Shown: positions 28,506 through 38,164, counted from the stretch's first letter. The stretch: 64,000 bases of DNA from an uncultured Methanosarcinales archaeon (GCA_964637115.1 CAZWVL010000002.1:32001-96000), one strand, 5' to 3'. The notes: generated by a model from the sequence alone, not told the origin. A program made the numbers and translations.

Positions 28506-28940
28506 ATGAAAGAAAGGCCAAAGGATTATTTTGAAGGTATATTGCAGATCAGAGGAGGCGGTCCAGAATTGCTCTCTTGGATACATAACAGAATAAAGAC
28601 CGATGGCAGGGCACGAGTAGCTAAAGAAAAGAAAGTAACCAACGGTGTAGATGTATACCTCAGCGACCAGCACTATTTGCAGAACCTCGGCAGGCAATTG
28701 AAACAAAAGTTTACCGGCATACTTAAAGTCAGCAGGAGACTGCACACTGTTGACAAGATGACTAGCAAATTTTTGTACAGAGTAACTGTGCTTTTCAAAG
28801 TGCTTCCATTCAAAAGAGGAGATGTTATAACAGTGCATGGCGAACAAGTGGAAATTCTCAACATCGGTAATAGGGCACAAGTAAAAGATGTCAAAAGCGG
28901 CGCGAAAAAAGATGTGAATTTAGAATTCTTAAGACGGTAA
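28506..28940 (+). CDS. NMD3-related protein (C-terminal part only)
   Basis: YFEGILQIR and KFLYRVTVL resemble the distal part of archaeal NMD3, with no Zn-knuckle Cys pairs. TATA-like CTTTAAAAA supports the ATG at 28506. Confidence 0.7.
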   Translation: MKERPKDYFEGILQIRGGGPELLSWIHNRIKTDGRARVAKEKKVTNGVDVYLSDQHYLQNLGRQLKQKFTGILKVSRRLHTVDKMTSKFLYRVTVLFKVLPFKRGDVITVHGEQVEILNIGNRAQVKDVKSGAKKDVNLEFLRR

Positions 28941-30077
28941 GCGCTCTTTTTTGTATTCTTCGACAATTTTTGCCAATACAGCACGTTCTGCACGAACTTT
29001 GTCCAACCAGGCACGCTTTACGAGAACAATTTTATTTAGCAATTCACATTCCTCGGCCGGAATACAGGCAAAAGGCAGTTGTTCACGCGCGCGATGGCCT
29101 GGAAGCTTTCCACAAATAATAATTTGAATACCTTTCTGGTGCAGCCATTCAACAGCCCTGTCGCTCATCTCATTTGCATCATCAGCAAACAGAACATTGC
29201 CTTCAGTAATCAAATCCTTGTTTTTCATCACATCATCCCAGCCAAGCCGAGCGAGACGCAAAACAGGTAATCTATCCTGCTGAAGCAATGTTTTTTCCAG
29301 TCTTTCAATAAGCATCATCAGTTTTGATTGCATCTGCATGGAATTTTTCAAGCGCATTGTCAATGACTGAATCTGGCCGTCCTTGATTTTTGCTATCTCA
29401 GCGGGAGTTTTGGGCTTGACGAGAATGCTTGTTTTACTGTGCAGCAAGCTCAATTGCTGTTTCAGAGCAAATACTTCTTCTTCCAAAGCCCTGTTTCTCG
29501 ACGATAAAATAGCGGCATCTTTGCGGGTACGTGAAAATAGGCCATGCAAATGGATAATTTCTTCATCACGCTTCTGCTCTTCTGGCTGCATCTCCAAAAT
29601 TTCCTCTTTGGGTGTCAAGATTGAAATGGCCGAACGGATGCTGATTCTTTCTTTGATGACTAATTCTGCAATATCTTCAAATAAACTTAACCGTTTTTCC
29701 CGCTCCAAAAACAAACGAATCTTATTCAGCAGCGGATGGATTTTCTTGAATGCAATGCGGGCACTGGCAAGTGCGTCCATCTCATGTGAATTATGAAATG
29801 TAAAATCAGCAGCCATATGCCTTTTTTCATCAACACGAACATCCTGCAGAGGGCCAATAACTTTTGCGCCAAGCTTTGTTGCAGCCTCTTCAACAAAAGA
29901 GGGAATTTTTGACTTGTCGCTGCCAACAATAATCACTGTGCCATATTGTGTAAGTTTTGCAACAAGCGAGTCAAGATCAAGTTCTTTCTGTGCACCAGAA
30001 GCGACATGTTTGCCATGAAGGTCAAACACTGCCCAGCCAACAGTTGTTCCAGGATCAATGCCAGCGACAAGCTTCAT
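28929..30077 (-). CDS. DUF460 domain protein (RNase H-like fold plus coiled coil)
   Basis: AGIDPGTTVGWAVFDLHG and HEMDALASA motifs. Confidence 0.85.
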   Translation of the reverse strand: MKLVAGIDPGTTVGWAVFDLHGKHVASGAQKELDLDSLVAKLTQYGTVIIVGSDKSKIPSFVEEAATKLGAKVIGPLQDVRVDEKRHMAADFTFHNSHEMDALASARIAFKKIHPLLNKIRLFLEREKRLSLFEDIAELVIKERISIRSAISILTPKEEILEMQPEEQKRDEEIIHLHGLFSRTRKDAAILSSRNRALEEEVFALKQQLSLLHSKTSILVKPKTPAEIAKIKDGQIQSLTMRLKNSMQMQSKLMMLIERLEKTLLQQDRLPVLRLARLGWDDVMKNKDLITEGNVLFADDANEMSDRAVEWLHQKGIQIIICGKLPGHRAREQLPFACIPAEECELLNKIVLVKRAWLDKVRAERAVLAKIVEEYKKERLPS

Positions 30078-30754
30078 GTCTTTAATATGAGATTTCCCCT
30101 TCCCTTTTTGACTTTCTTTATGAGGCCCTTTGCCTCAAGATCATCAATCATCAACGAAATTTTTGCTTCAGAATAAGGAAAGTTCTTCCTGATATCCTTC
30201 TGTGTAGTTCTTCCGCCTTCTTTCTCAATAAACTCCATAATCTTCTGCAATTCTTCAGGAACCGCAACTTCCCTAATTTCCTTGATTGTTTCAATTACTT
30301 TTTCAACAACTTTTGTGGGCTTGCGTGAAACTTTGAATACAATGTAGCCAAGAACCACAAAAGCAACCAGCCATACCAGCCAGCTAAGAGCCGGTTTTTT
30401 AGATAATTCTTCAAAAGGCGCTTCAGCCTCTATAAGCAGTTCATCATCAGCTTCAAAAGTCGGAAGCAGAATTAAATCTAAAACATAATCGCCTTCTTCT
30501 TGTGCAGTAATGTTTTCTATAATTTCAGAATCAGTTTTGTTATGCCAGGCGTGCAGTGAATATGTTCCGGCCGGAACGCTAAATGAATACGAGCCATCCT
30601 TGGCCACCATGAGCTGGCGAGGAGTGCTATTTATTTCAACTACCGCGTTTGGCAGCAGATTCAAGCCGAAATCATACACAATTCCATGAATTGAGACCCC
30701 CAAAACTGAAGGCAAAATCAGGAGCCACAAAACCCAAAACATCCTCATACACAT
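30074..30754 (-). CDS. Single-pass membrane protein with extracellular beta domain and cytoplasmic winged helix (COG2512-like)
   Basis: Signal peptide, DGSYSFSVPAGTY, TM helix, then GGRTTQKDIRK...SEAKISLMIDDLEAKGLIKKVKKGRGN wHTH. Confidence 0.82.
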   Translation of the reverse strand: MCMRMFWVLWLLILPSVLGVSIHGIVYDFGLNLLPNAVVEINSTPRQLMVAKDGSYSFSVPAGTYSLHAWHNKTDSEIIENITAQEEGDYVLDLILLPTFEADDELLIEAEAPFEELSKKPALSWLVWLVAFVVLGYIVFKVSRKPTKVVEKVIETIKEIREVAVPEELQKIMEFIEKEGGRTTQKDIRKNFPYSEAKISLMIDDLEAKGLIKKVKKGRGNLILKT

Positions 30755-30957
30755 GCAGTACTTTTTCTAATATATAAAGATTGTGAGATAGTAAGTCGAA
30801 AAACTAAGCGTTTTTTGAGAAAAGGAGCATAAATCATTCTCCTTTAAGCTAAAAAGAGCCAAATGAACCTTTGTAAAGTATTAAGGCTGGAAGAACAGTT
30901 CCGATTCTCGAAGTCATGAAAGTATGTTTTTAAGCATCTTCAGGCATAGTAATGGTC

Positions 30958-31092
30958 ATGAAAACAAGTTACTTAACCGGCAACGCCGAAACATGCATCG
31001 CATGGAGTAACGTGATAATAACCCACTTGGAGGTAACGCCGAATGAGTTTGGCGGATCTCCAAGTGGAACCCACTTGGAGGTGGAAACATGA
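30958..31092 (+). promoter_or_regulatory. Leader with uORF and alternative SD-sequestering hairpins
   Basis: 15-nt direct repeat AACCCACTTGGAGGT (31020-31034, 31068-31082) flanks its complement CTCCAAGTGG (31058-31067). A 44-codon uORF ends in an ATGA overlap with the next gene. Confidence 0.55.
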
Positions 31093-31946
31093 AAAATTTG
31101 ATAGCGATACTCGCTATTTTACTGGTAGTGTTAGCACCGGTAGCTCTTGCAGAAGAGAACGGCGACGCTTCAGATAGCGAAGACAAATCTCCGCGGGAAA
31201 AAGCCAAGGAGCGAATGGAAAACGCCAAAAGCAACATAGCAGAGCGCAAAGAAATGCGTGAAGAACGCAAACAAATGCGCCTTGAAACGCGCGAGGAAAT
31301 TAGAGCACTTCGAGAAAGCGTAAAAGCAGCTTGTGAAGCAGACAAGAACAGCGAAGAGTGCAAGACCGCACGCATGGATGCACGCGATGCAAAGCATACT
31401 TTGCTCGGACGCATAGCAGAAAAAATGGGTCCAACATTCAAACGTGCAGAAATGCTCAAGACAAGACTTGCAAGAATCCTTGCACACCTTGAAAGAAAAG
31501 GAAAGGATGTAAGCGGCCTTGACACAGGAGCTATCAACGCAAAGATAACAGAAGCACAAGCAATCTTTGACGAAGCAAAGAAGCTCTTTGAGCAGGCACG
31601 TGCTGCAGAAGCAGGCGAGAAAGACGAGCTCATGAAACAAGCAGCTCAGAAATTCCGCGAAGCCAACAAAGCGCTGAAAGAAGCCCGTGCACTGATTGTT
31701 GACTGGCTGAAATCAGTCAAGCAAAAAGATGCAAACGCAGTCGAAGAAAGCGCTTCAACAGCTCCAGCCGATGTAGATACAACTGCACCAGCAGCTGATG
31801 CAAATGCGACATCAGCAACGAACGTCACTTCCAGCACGGATAGTGATGATTCTGAAGATGAGTCAGAAGATGACGAGTCTGAAGATGCTGATGAAGGAAA
31901 TGCATCATCTCAGGTCAACGCCAGCACGAACGGAACAACCGCGTAA
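31089..31946 (+). CDS. Secreted coiled-coil protein with acidic low-complexity tail
   Basis: Signal peptide, E/K/R/A-rich helices, D/E/S-rich C-terminus, and SD GGAGGTGG. Confidence 0.8.
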   Translation: MKNLIAILAILLVVLAPVALAEENGDASDSEDKSPREKAKERMENAKSNIAERKEMREERKQMRLETREEIRALRESVKAACEADKNSEECKTARMDARDAKHTLLGRIAEKMGPTFKRAEMLKTRLARILAHLERKGKDVSGLDTGAINAKITEAQAIFDEAKKLFEQARAAEAGEKDELMKQAAQKFREANKALKEARALIVDWLKSVKQKDANAVEESASTAPADVDTTAPAADANATSATNVTSSTDSDDSEDESEDDESEDADEGNASSQVNASTNGTTA

Positions 31947-31962
31947 ACCTTAAATAGGAAGG

Positions 31963-32211
31963 ATGATGATGGCTACGAACATGAGAAACGCAGTAATTGC
32001 ACTGAGCCTAGTATTGCTGTTACTGGTAAGCTGCGCGCCAAAACAGAGGGTAACACCACCCGCTGTTCAGGTAATACCGCCAGCTGTGCCAATAACCCAG
32101 CCGGCAGCATCTGTTGCCAGCGGAGTTATAGAAGTAGACAGCTTTGACCAGGATCTCAGCGAGCTGGACAAATTAGATGCCGATTTGAAAGAATTAGAGA
32201 CAATCGGTTAA
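31963..32211 (+). CDS. Small lipoprotein
   Basis: Lipobox LLVSC, Pro-rich linker and acidic helix. The exact start among several ATGs is uncertain. Confidence 0.65.
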   Translation: MMMATNMRNAVIALSLVLLLLVSCAPKQRVTPPAVQVIPPAVPITQPAASVASGVIEVDSFDQDLSELDKLDADLKELETIG

Positions 32212-32214
32212 TTG

Positions 32215-32300
32215 TCGGAAATTTAGAAGAGTCATATATAGATTCTTCAAATTTCCGAGCACCATCGGAAATCTTCGATTTCCGAGGTTTTTATTTTTTT
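32215..32300 (+). terminator. Two hairpins followed by a T-tract
   Basis: TCGGAAATTT...AAATTTCCGA (32215-32258), TCGGAAATC-TTC-GATTTCCGA (32265-32285), then a T-rich run. Confidence 0.6.
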
Positions 32301-32339
32301 TTCTTAACTTTTTTATACTGACTTCTTATTCTTCACATA

Positions 32340-33419
32340 ATGATAATTCTTGACGGCAGCTCTGGAGAAGGAGGAGGGCAAATAGTCAGAACAGCACTCG
32401 CTTTAAGCAGTCTAACAGGCCAGCCGTTCAGAATCAAGAATATACGCGCAGGCAGGAAAGATGCAGGACTAAAAACGCAGCACGTGCACTGCGTAAAAGC
32501 ATTACAGCAGCTCTGTAGCGCGAAAGCTGAAGGAGCAGAAATTGGAAGCAGTGAAGTACTGTACGTGCCAGGCAAGATTTCTGCGAAAAACATTACAATA
32601 GACATCGGCACAGCAGGAAGCATTACATTACTCTTGCAGGCAGTTCTGTTGCCGTGCATGTTTGCACAGAAAACCCACACACTAACGCTTGTTGGAGGTA
32701 CGGACACAGAATGGAGCATGCCAGTAGATTACTTCACGCACGTTCTAGTGCCACAATATAGAAGAATGTGCGGAATTGACGTCAAAGTGCTCAAACGCGG
32801 ATATTATCCCAAAGGAGGAGGTCAAGTTCAGTTAATCATCAAACCAGAAATAAAAAGAAACGAATTTGAAACTTTTGAAGCATTCCAGGCAGCATTAAAG
32901 CACAAAGCATTTTCTTTAATTGAACAAGGAGAGCTTACCAGCATAAAAGGAACATCTCATGCCAGCAAAGACCTGGCTAATGCACAAGTGGCAGAACGGC
33001 AGGCATCAGCTGCAAAACAAGCGCTTGCCAGCTTCAAAGTACCGATTGAAATAACAGTTGAGTATGCCGATACTTTTTCAACAGGCTCAGGAATCACATT
33101 GTGGGCAATTTTTTCAAAAAACGATGATGTGAATATTGAAAATCCAATACGACTTGGTGCAGATGCACTTGGTGCACCTGGAAAACAATCTGAAAAAGTA
33201 GGACAAGAAGCAGCAGAGAAGTTAATCAAAGAAATTCAGAGTAAGGCACCCGTAGACGGTCATCTTGCAGACAATTTGATACCATTAATTGCGCTTTGCA
33301 GGCCGAGCAGCATAAAAGTTTCAAGTATTACTTCACATGCGCGGACGAATATGGCAGTGGTGGAAGCGTTCTTAGGAAAGATATTTTCTGAGAAAGACAA
33401 TATTGTCTCTTCTAAGTAA
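32340..33419 (+). CDS. rtcA: RNA 3'-terminal phosphate cyclase
   Basis: LDGSSGEGGGQIVRTALALS, IRAGR, RGYYPKGGG and VDGHLADNL motifs. Confidence 0.95.
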   Translation: MIILDGSSGEGGGQIVRTALALSSLTGQPFRIKNIRAGRKDAGLKTQHVHCVKALQQLCSAKAEGAEIGSSEVLYVPGKISAKNITIDIGTAGSITLLLQAVLLPCMFAQKTHTLTLVGGTDTEWSMPVDYFTHVLVPQYRRMCGIDVKVLKRGYYPKGGGQVQLIIKPEIKRNEFETFEAFQAALKHKAFSLIEQGELTSIKGTSHASKDLANAQVAERQASAAKQALASFKVPIEITVEYADTFSTGSGITLWAIFSKNDDVNIENPIRLGADALGAPGKQSEKVGQEAAEKLIKEIQSKAPVDGHLADNLIPLIALCRPSSIKVSSITSHARTNMAVVEAFLGKIFSEKDNIVSSK

Positions 33420-33480
33420 CGTAGAACTTTAATATCAATAGAAATTAGTAAAGTTCTGCGGACTAAGTAAACAATGTTTA

Positions 33481-35835
33481 CTAAGTAAGTGTTGCAAGCT
33501 TGATGCTTGCCTTCAAGTCCTTAACGTCGTACATCAGCACGCGTTTTTCATTCTGGTTGTTAACTTTGCCAATCAGGTATTCCGCTTCCGCGACCAAGCG
33601 GACAGCCTGATCAAGACTGCCCCGCATAACTTTCTCACGAGCATCATCCAACATTGCGTGAATTTCCGGATTCATTATTTCCCTGCCAGGCTTGCCCTGC
33701 TTAACACGCTCAACTTCCTCGCGTAAATATTCAGAGAATGCACGTTCCTTACGTGATTCAAGTCCTTCCACTTCGTGCTCCTGTTCAATCAACTTCCTGA
33801 CTTCAAGTTCAACCCCTTTTTCCCGCATCGCAAGCTCGCTCTCGCGCTCTTTGAATAACCTGCCAGTTGATGGGCGCGCGCCTACATACATTGCACGCGC
33901 TTCAAGCTTCCTGATAACCCTCTGCAATTCTTCATATCTGTGCTCCATCTTAGGCAGCATTTTTTTCAATTCACGCGCACGGTAAATAGCATCTTTATCC
34001 TGCTCAATCTTTCGCCTTTCAGCCTCAATAAATTTCATGCCCTTTTGAACAACGCGTTCGCCGCCAATAACTCGCTTTTCTTTTGATTCGGTAAGTGCTC
34101 TTTCCCGCTCAAACTGGGCTTTTGCGTGCCCAAGTTCGCGCACACGCCTGATTATTGCTTTTTCTTCATCTTCAAGCTTCTGCTTGTCTTTCTCAAGCAT
34201 AGTGATAGTTTGAACAAGCTCTTCCTCCTTGTCCTTCAATAAAAGAACGTCTCCTTCAACCAATTTGCGAACATCGGTTTTCTCGCTTCTCAGCTCTTTC
34301 TTTTCTTCTGTCAGCGAATCAAACTTCTTGTCCCATTCCTGCTGTATAAGCAAAAATTCAGCTTTTCTGGAGTTAACTTCATCCTGGAATTCCTTCTTTT
34401 GCTGTTCAAGCATGCGCGCAGCTTCTTTCAATGCCTTGTCGTGCTCGACAAAAGCGGCTTCTCGCGTAATAATGTTGCCTTCCTTAGACTCAAGCAATTT
34501 AAGTTTCTTTTCAGCATCACGATGAGTAACGGCCATGTCGTGCTCAGCTTTTCTAGCGGCCTTTTCACGCTCATGCATTTCCTGAATAGTATTGCTGTTT
34601 TGTGCAATGGCAGTTCTTAGTTCATTCAGAATGTGTTTCTTTTCTTCAACAAGAGCAGTAAGTTCTTGTTTTGTTTTTTCTGCACCGGCATTTTCTGCCT
34701 TCATTCTTTCAAGCTCGCGCATTTTATTGTCAACCCGCTGTTCCATCACTAACAGCTGCCGGTCGCGCTGGGCAATGAAAGCACCTTTTTTTTGCAGTTG
34801 GTCTTTTGTAAGCATGACACTTTTGACAGCATCTTCCATATCAGCAAGTTCGCGCTCGGCCAAAAGAATCTTCTTCTGACGATCAGCAATCTCAGCATCA
34901 ATTTTCTTTTTCGTGGGGGATATTTGCTCGACTGCTGAACGCATTTCTTCCAATTTCTGCAGGGTGCGTTCACTTTCTGATTTTTGTTTTGAGAGAATTC
35001 TCTCACCATCAGCAACACGCTGCTCCATTTTGGAAACCTTATCACTAACTGAGCGTTCCTTCGCAGATAACTGCTCCAGAGAAGACTCAATCTTGTTCAA
35101 CTCAGCACGTTTTTGTGATAATGCAGAAACTTCCTTAGTGAGAGCCACAACCGTCTTCTGACGTTCTTTCAAAACAGATTCCTTTTCATCGGTAACATGT
35201 TTAATAGAAGCAAGCCTCTGGATTGCCTTTTCCTCATCTGACTTCAAAGCCTGCAATCTGGCTGTTTCCTTAGCAAGAGTTCGCTCGCGTTCAGCCAGTG
35301 CTTTTTCTAATTCACGCAACTGTTCATCCCTTTTTTTAGAAAGCGCCAAACGCCTGTCAGCTTCAGCACGCAAGCTGTTCAAAGCCTGCTCTTCCTTCTT
35401 GTTGAGCTCAATTCTTCGCTCTGCTTCTGCTACTATGCGCCCAGCTTCGCTTTTAGTCTGGCTGAGCGCTTTTTCAGCAACAGAAAGTTCTTGTTGAACT
35501 TTTTCCTTTTCCAATTTCAATTCTTCCAAACGGGCAGATTCCCTGCTGAGAGTCTTTTCACTGCCAGAAAGCGCTTTTTCCATTTCACGCAACTGCGCAT
35601 CCCTTTTTTCAGCAAGTGCTACGCGCTTGTTGGCCTCAGCACGCAAGCTGTTCAAAGCCTGTTCTTCCTTCTTGTCATTCGCAATTCTTCGCTCTGCTTC
35701 AGAAACAAGGCGTTCAGACTCATACTTGAGCTGGTTGCGTTCCTTTCTTTTTTCAGAAATTTCTGCTTCCAATTCGCGAAGCAATCTTTTCTCTTTTTCA
35801 ACCTTAGAAGGCTCTGATTTCCCAAACAACCCCAT
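33481..35835 (-). CDS. Long coiled-coil protein with internal 91-aa duplication
   Basis: E/K/R-rich heptads, EAERRI...KKEEQALNSLRAEA repeated 273 nt apart, and no ATPase motifs. Confidence 0.8.
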   Translation of the reverse strand: MGLFGKSEPSKVEKEKRLLRELEAEISEKRKERNQLKYESERLVSEAERRIANDKKEEQALNSLRAEANKRVALAEKRDAQLREMEKALSGSEKTLSRESARLEELKLEKEKVQQELSVAEKALSQTKSEAGRIVAEAERRIELNKKEEQALNSLRAEADRRLALSKKRDEQLRELEKALAERERTLAKETARLQALKSDEEKAIQRLASIKHVTDEKESVLKERQKTVVALTKEVSALSQKRAELNKIESSLEQLSAKERSVSDKVSKMEQRVADGERILSKQKSESERTLQKLEEMRSAVEQISPTKKKIDAEIADRQKKILLAERELADMEDAVKSVMLTKDQLQKKGAFIAQRDRQLLVMEQRVDNKMRELERMKAENAGAEKTKQELTALVEEKKHILNELRTAIAQNSNTIQEMHEREKAARKAEHDMAVTHRDAEKKLKLLESKEGNIITREAAFVEHDKALKEAARMLEQQKKEFQDEVNSRKAEFLLIQQEWDKKFDSLTEEKKELRSEKTDVRKLVEGDVLLLKDKEEELVQTITMLEKDKQKLEDEEKAIIRRVRELGHAKAQFERERALTESKEKRVIGGERVVQKGMKFIEAERRKIEQDKDAIYRARELKKMLPKMEHRYEELQRVIRKLEARAMYVGARPSTGRLFKERESELAMREKGVELEVRKLIEQEHEVEGLESRKERAFSEYLREEVERVKQGKPGREIMNPEIHAMLDDAREKVMRGSLDQAVRLVAEAEYLIGKVNNQNEKRVLMYDVKDLKASIKLATLT

Positions 35836-35958
35836 GCCCTGATAAACCCGAAACTCGATTTATATACTTTTGTTATCTCTGGAGAATGGTACTTCCGTAC
35901 TCTATATAGTGATGTATCAATCATAACATTTTTAAACCCCTAGCTTTCAGCTCGAACT

Positions 35959-36126
35959 ATGATTACTCAATGTATAACGTGCAAAAAATCAATTACCGGG
36001 TTATCAGGTGTTGCCCGCTTCAAGTGCCCAAAATGCATGAAATATGAAATTCTTAGATGCGGACACTGCAGAGAAATAGCGGCAAAATACAATTGCCCAG
36101 AATGCAAGTTTGAGGGACCGAACTAG
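35959..36126 (+). CDS. Small zinc-finger protein (DUF1610/HVO_2753 family), absent from the ORF track
   Basis: MITQCITCKKSITGLSGVARFKCPKCMKYEILRCGHCREIAAKYNCPECKFEGPN has four CxxC motifs and a GP-N terminus. It sits directly before EF-1beta, the usual archaeal context. Confidence 0.9.
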   Translation: MITQCITCKKSITGLSGVARFKCPKCMKYEILRCGHCREIAAKYNCPECKFEGPN

Positions 36127-36417
36127 ATGGCAAGTGTAGTTGTCACGCTCAGAATCATGCCGAAAGGCCCTGAAGTCAATCTGGACAAAGTCTATGATGA
36201 AGCCTGCAAGCACGTACGCGAGTTTGTAGACCAAAAGCACAAAGAAGGGGAAATAAGAAAGGAAATAGAGCCAATTGGCTTTGGATTAAAAGCATTAAAA
36301 CTACTTTTCGTTATGGACGAAGCACTTGGCGCAACAGATAAGCTTGAGGACAAGATAAAGGCGCTGCCAGACGTGGAGTCGGTGGAAGCAATAGATGTGA
36401 GGAGAGCAGTCGGATGA
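36127..36417 (+). CDS. ef1b: Translation elongation factor aEF-1beta
   Basis: LRIMPKGPEVNL and EPIGFGLKAL motifs. Confidence 0.93.
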   Translation: MASVVVTLRIMPKGPEVNLDKVYDEACKHVREFVDQKHKEGEIRKEIEPIGFGLKALKLLFVMDEALGATDKLEDKIKALPDVESVEAIDVRRAVG

Positions 36418-37358
36418 AAAAAGCATTTTTGCTACTTATCTTACTGGCAGCATGTGTTGTACAACCGACAGTTGAGAAAAACGTTACTCCTGAAAATATT
36501 ACATCAAATGGTGCTACTTATGGCGACCTTGTCTCTATAAATTATGTTCTTACGCTAGAAAACGGCACGATAGTAGACACGAACAATGTAGAGCTTGCAG
36601 CTCAATATGGAATTACTAATTATGTCAAAGGACCGTTCGCATTCATTTTAGGCCAGAGTGGCAAAGTGAAAGGCTTTGATGACTCGCTGCTTGACATGAA
36701 AACAGGGGAACACAGAGAAACCATCATAGAGCCAAGCGAAGATGAAGTCGTTTTCGTCATCAACAAGACAAAAATCGTGAACAGGTTTATCACTATTAAC
36801 AAGCAGCAGGCATTCCCGCGCGGATCCTTTGAACGCTATTTCAAAAAAGCTCCTATCAAAGGTGACGTTGTTAAAAGTCCTGAGTTTGTTTTCAAGTACA
36901 AAGTACTCAATGCTACAAATGAATCAGTCCTGACTGAAATGGTTTTGAAAGAAGGCGAATCATATGTGTTAACGAACACCTACTGGAACAGCAGCGTGGT
37001 AAAAGTGGCAAAAGAAGACGTCATGTTCTACCAGCAACCAGAAGAGAATCAGACTGTTGATGCTCCATTCGGCAAAACAGTCATAAACATGACTAAGAGC
37101 AAAATGTTCCTCAACTTCCAGCCGGAAATACATAAAGTATTCAACAAGACAATTGAAATTGGCAGCGGCTTTACAATACCGCAGCAATTCCAAGTAACTG
37201 AAATACGCGATGAGGATTTTGTCATAAAGAAATACGGCAATTTAGCAGACAAACGATTGAAGATAAAGATTGACATGTTAGAAATTACTCCAGATGTCAA
37301 GAAAATAAAACAAACAGCACCATTTATCACTGAAGTAAAAAGCAAGACCGAAAACTAA
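36414..37358 (+). CDS. FKBP-type peptidyl-prolyl isomerase-like lipoprotein
   Basis: Lipobox LLAAC and GDLVSINYVLTLENGTIVDT...FILGQSGKVKGFDDSLLDMKTGE. Confidence 0.8.
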   Translation: MKKAFLLLILLAACVVQPTVEKNVTPENITSNGATYGDLVSINYVLTLENGTIVDTNNVELAAQYGITNYVKGPFAFILGQSGKVKGFDDSLLDMKTGEHRETIIEPSEDEVVFVINKTKIVNRFITINKQQAFPRGSFERYFKKAPIKGDVVKSPEFVFKYKVLNATNESVLTEMVLKEGESYVLTNTYWNSSVVKVAKEDVMFYQQPEENQTVDAPFGKTVINMTKSKMFLNFQPEIHKVFNKTIEIGSGFTIPQQFQVTEIRDEDFVIKKYGNLADKRLKIKIDMLEITPDVKKIKQTAPFITEVKSKTEN

Positions 37359-37742
37359 TTATTGTTTTTTTATTGCACCAGCGGCTGCACACTTATCACT
37401 GCAGAAAAACAATGTTTCATCTTTCAACTTGCGCTCTATAACGCCTTCTTCTCTATCGCCTAACGGTTTATGACAATGAGCACAATGGCCACCCTCAGTG
37501 CCTGCTGCACCTGCTGCAAAGCCCTCTTCCCAAGGAGCAATCTCTCCTTCGTCCTCTTCTAATTCTTCCCTGCCTTCTTCGGTGTAAACGTCAGCTTCCT
37601 TATCGCCAACCTGCATTTTCACAGTAAAGTTTTCAGGAGTTTCTGGATGCTCTTCGCCTTCCAAGAACTCGTTAGGCTCGTCAATAATCTCTTCCTTCTC
37701 TCCTTTTGGCTGGTCAAAAATACTACCTTTCTTTTTGGGCAT
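37359..37742 (-). CDS. Acidic protein with C-terminal TRASH/YHS-like metal-binding motif
   Basis: CAHCHKPL...FFCSDKC. A TATA-like element supports the start at MPKKKG. Confidence 0.7.
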   Translation of the reverse strand: MPKKKGSIFDQPKGEKEEIIDEPNEFLEGEEHPETPENFTVKMQVGDKEADVYTEEGREELEEDEGEIAPWEEGFAAGAAGTEGGHCAHCHKPLGDREEGVIERKLKDETLFFCSDKCAAAGAIKKQ

Positions 37743-37807
37743 ACGTTTGAGCAAGAATGGAGATATATAAAGTTTGTTATGCAGTTGTATTATAAGAGAA
37801 GGCATTT

Positions 37808-38131
37808 CTATCGGTGGAATTGGCTGTTTTGATTCCGCCTGAAACTCCGTTGCCGGCCCTTTTCCAGTGCATCGAGATGCTCTTTTGTTTCCGTAGGGTC
37901 AGGCAAGTAGATTTTCTGGTGATACTCAATAATGGTTTCAAGCTGTGCTTTCTTGAAACCCTCGCTACGAAGCGTTTTCCTGAGTTCAGCGACGTCCTTG
38001 TTTTGGGCAAAGGGACGCTCGATAACTGGTTCGCCCCTCGACATGGGGAAGAAAACGTACATCTGTTCCTCAGACTTATCTTTGAGCGAGACGTATGTCA
38101 CGTGATAAATCTGATGGCTGTCAATCCCCAT
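37808..38131 (-). CDS. Hypothetical protein
   Basis: 107-aa ORF collinear with its neighbours. Confidence 0.55.
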   Translation of the reverse strand: MGIDSHQIYHVTYVSLKDKSEEQMYVFFPMSRGEPVIERPFAQNKDVAELRKTLRSEGFKKAQLETIIEYHQKIYLPDPTETKEHLDALEKGRQRSFRRNQNSQFHR

Positions 38132-38164
38132 GAATTTCTTAAAGCGATAGTTGTATAATAATGT

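Noticed and set aside
30956-31633. 225-aa minus-strand ORF
   Set aside because: It is the antisense shadow of the biased coiled-coil gene.
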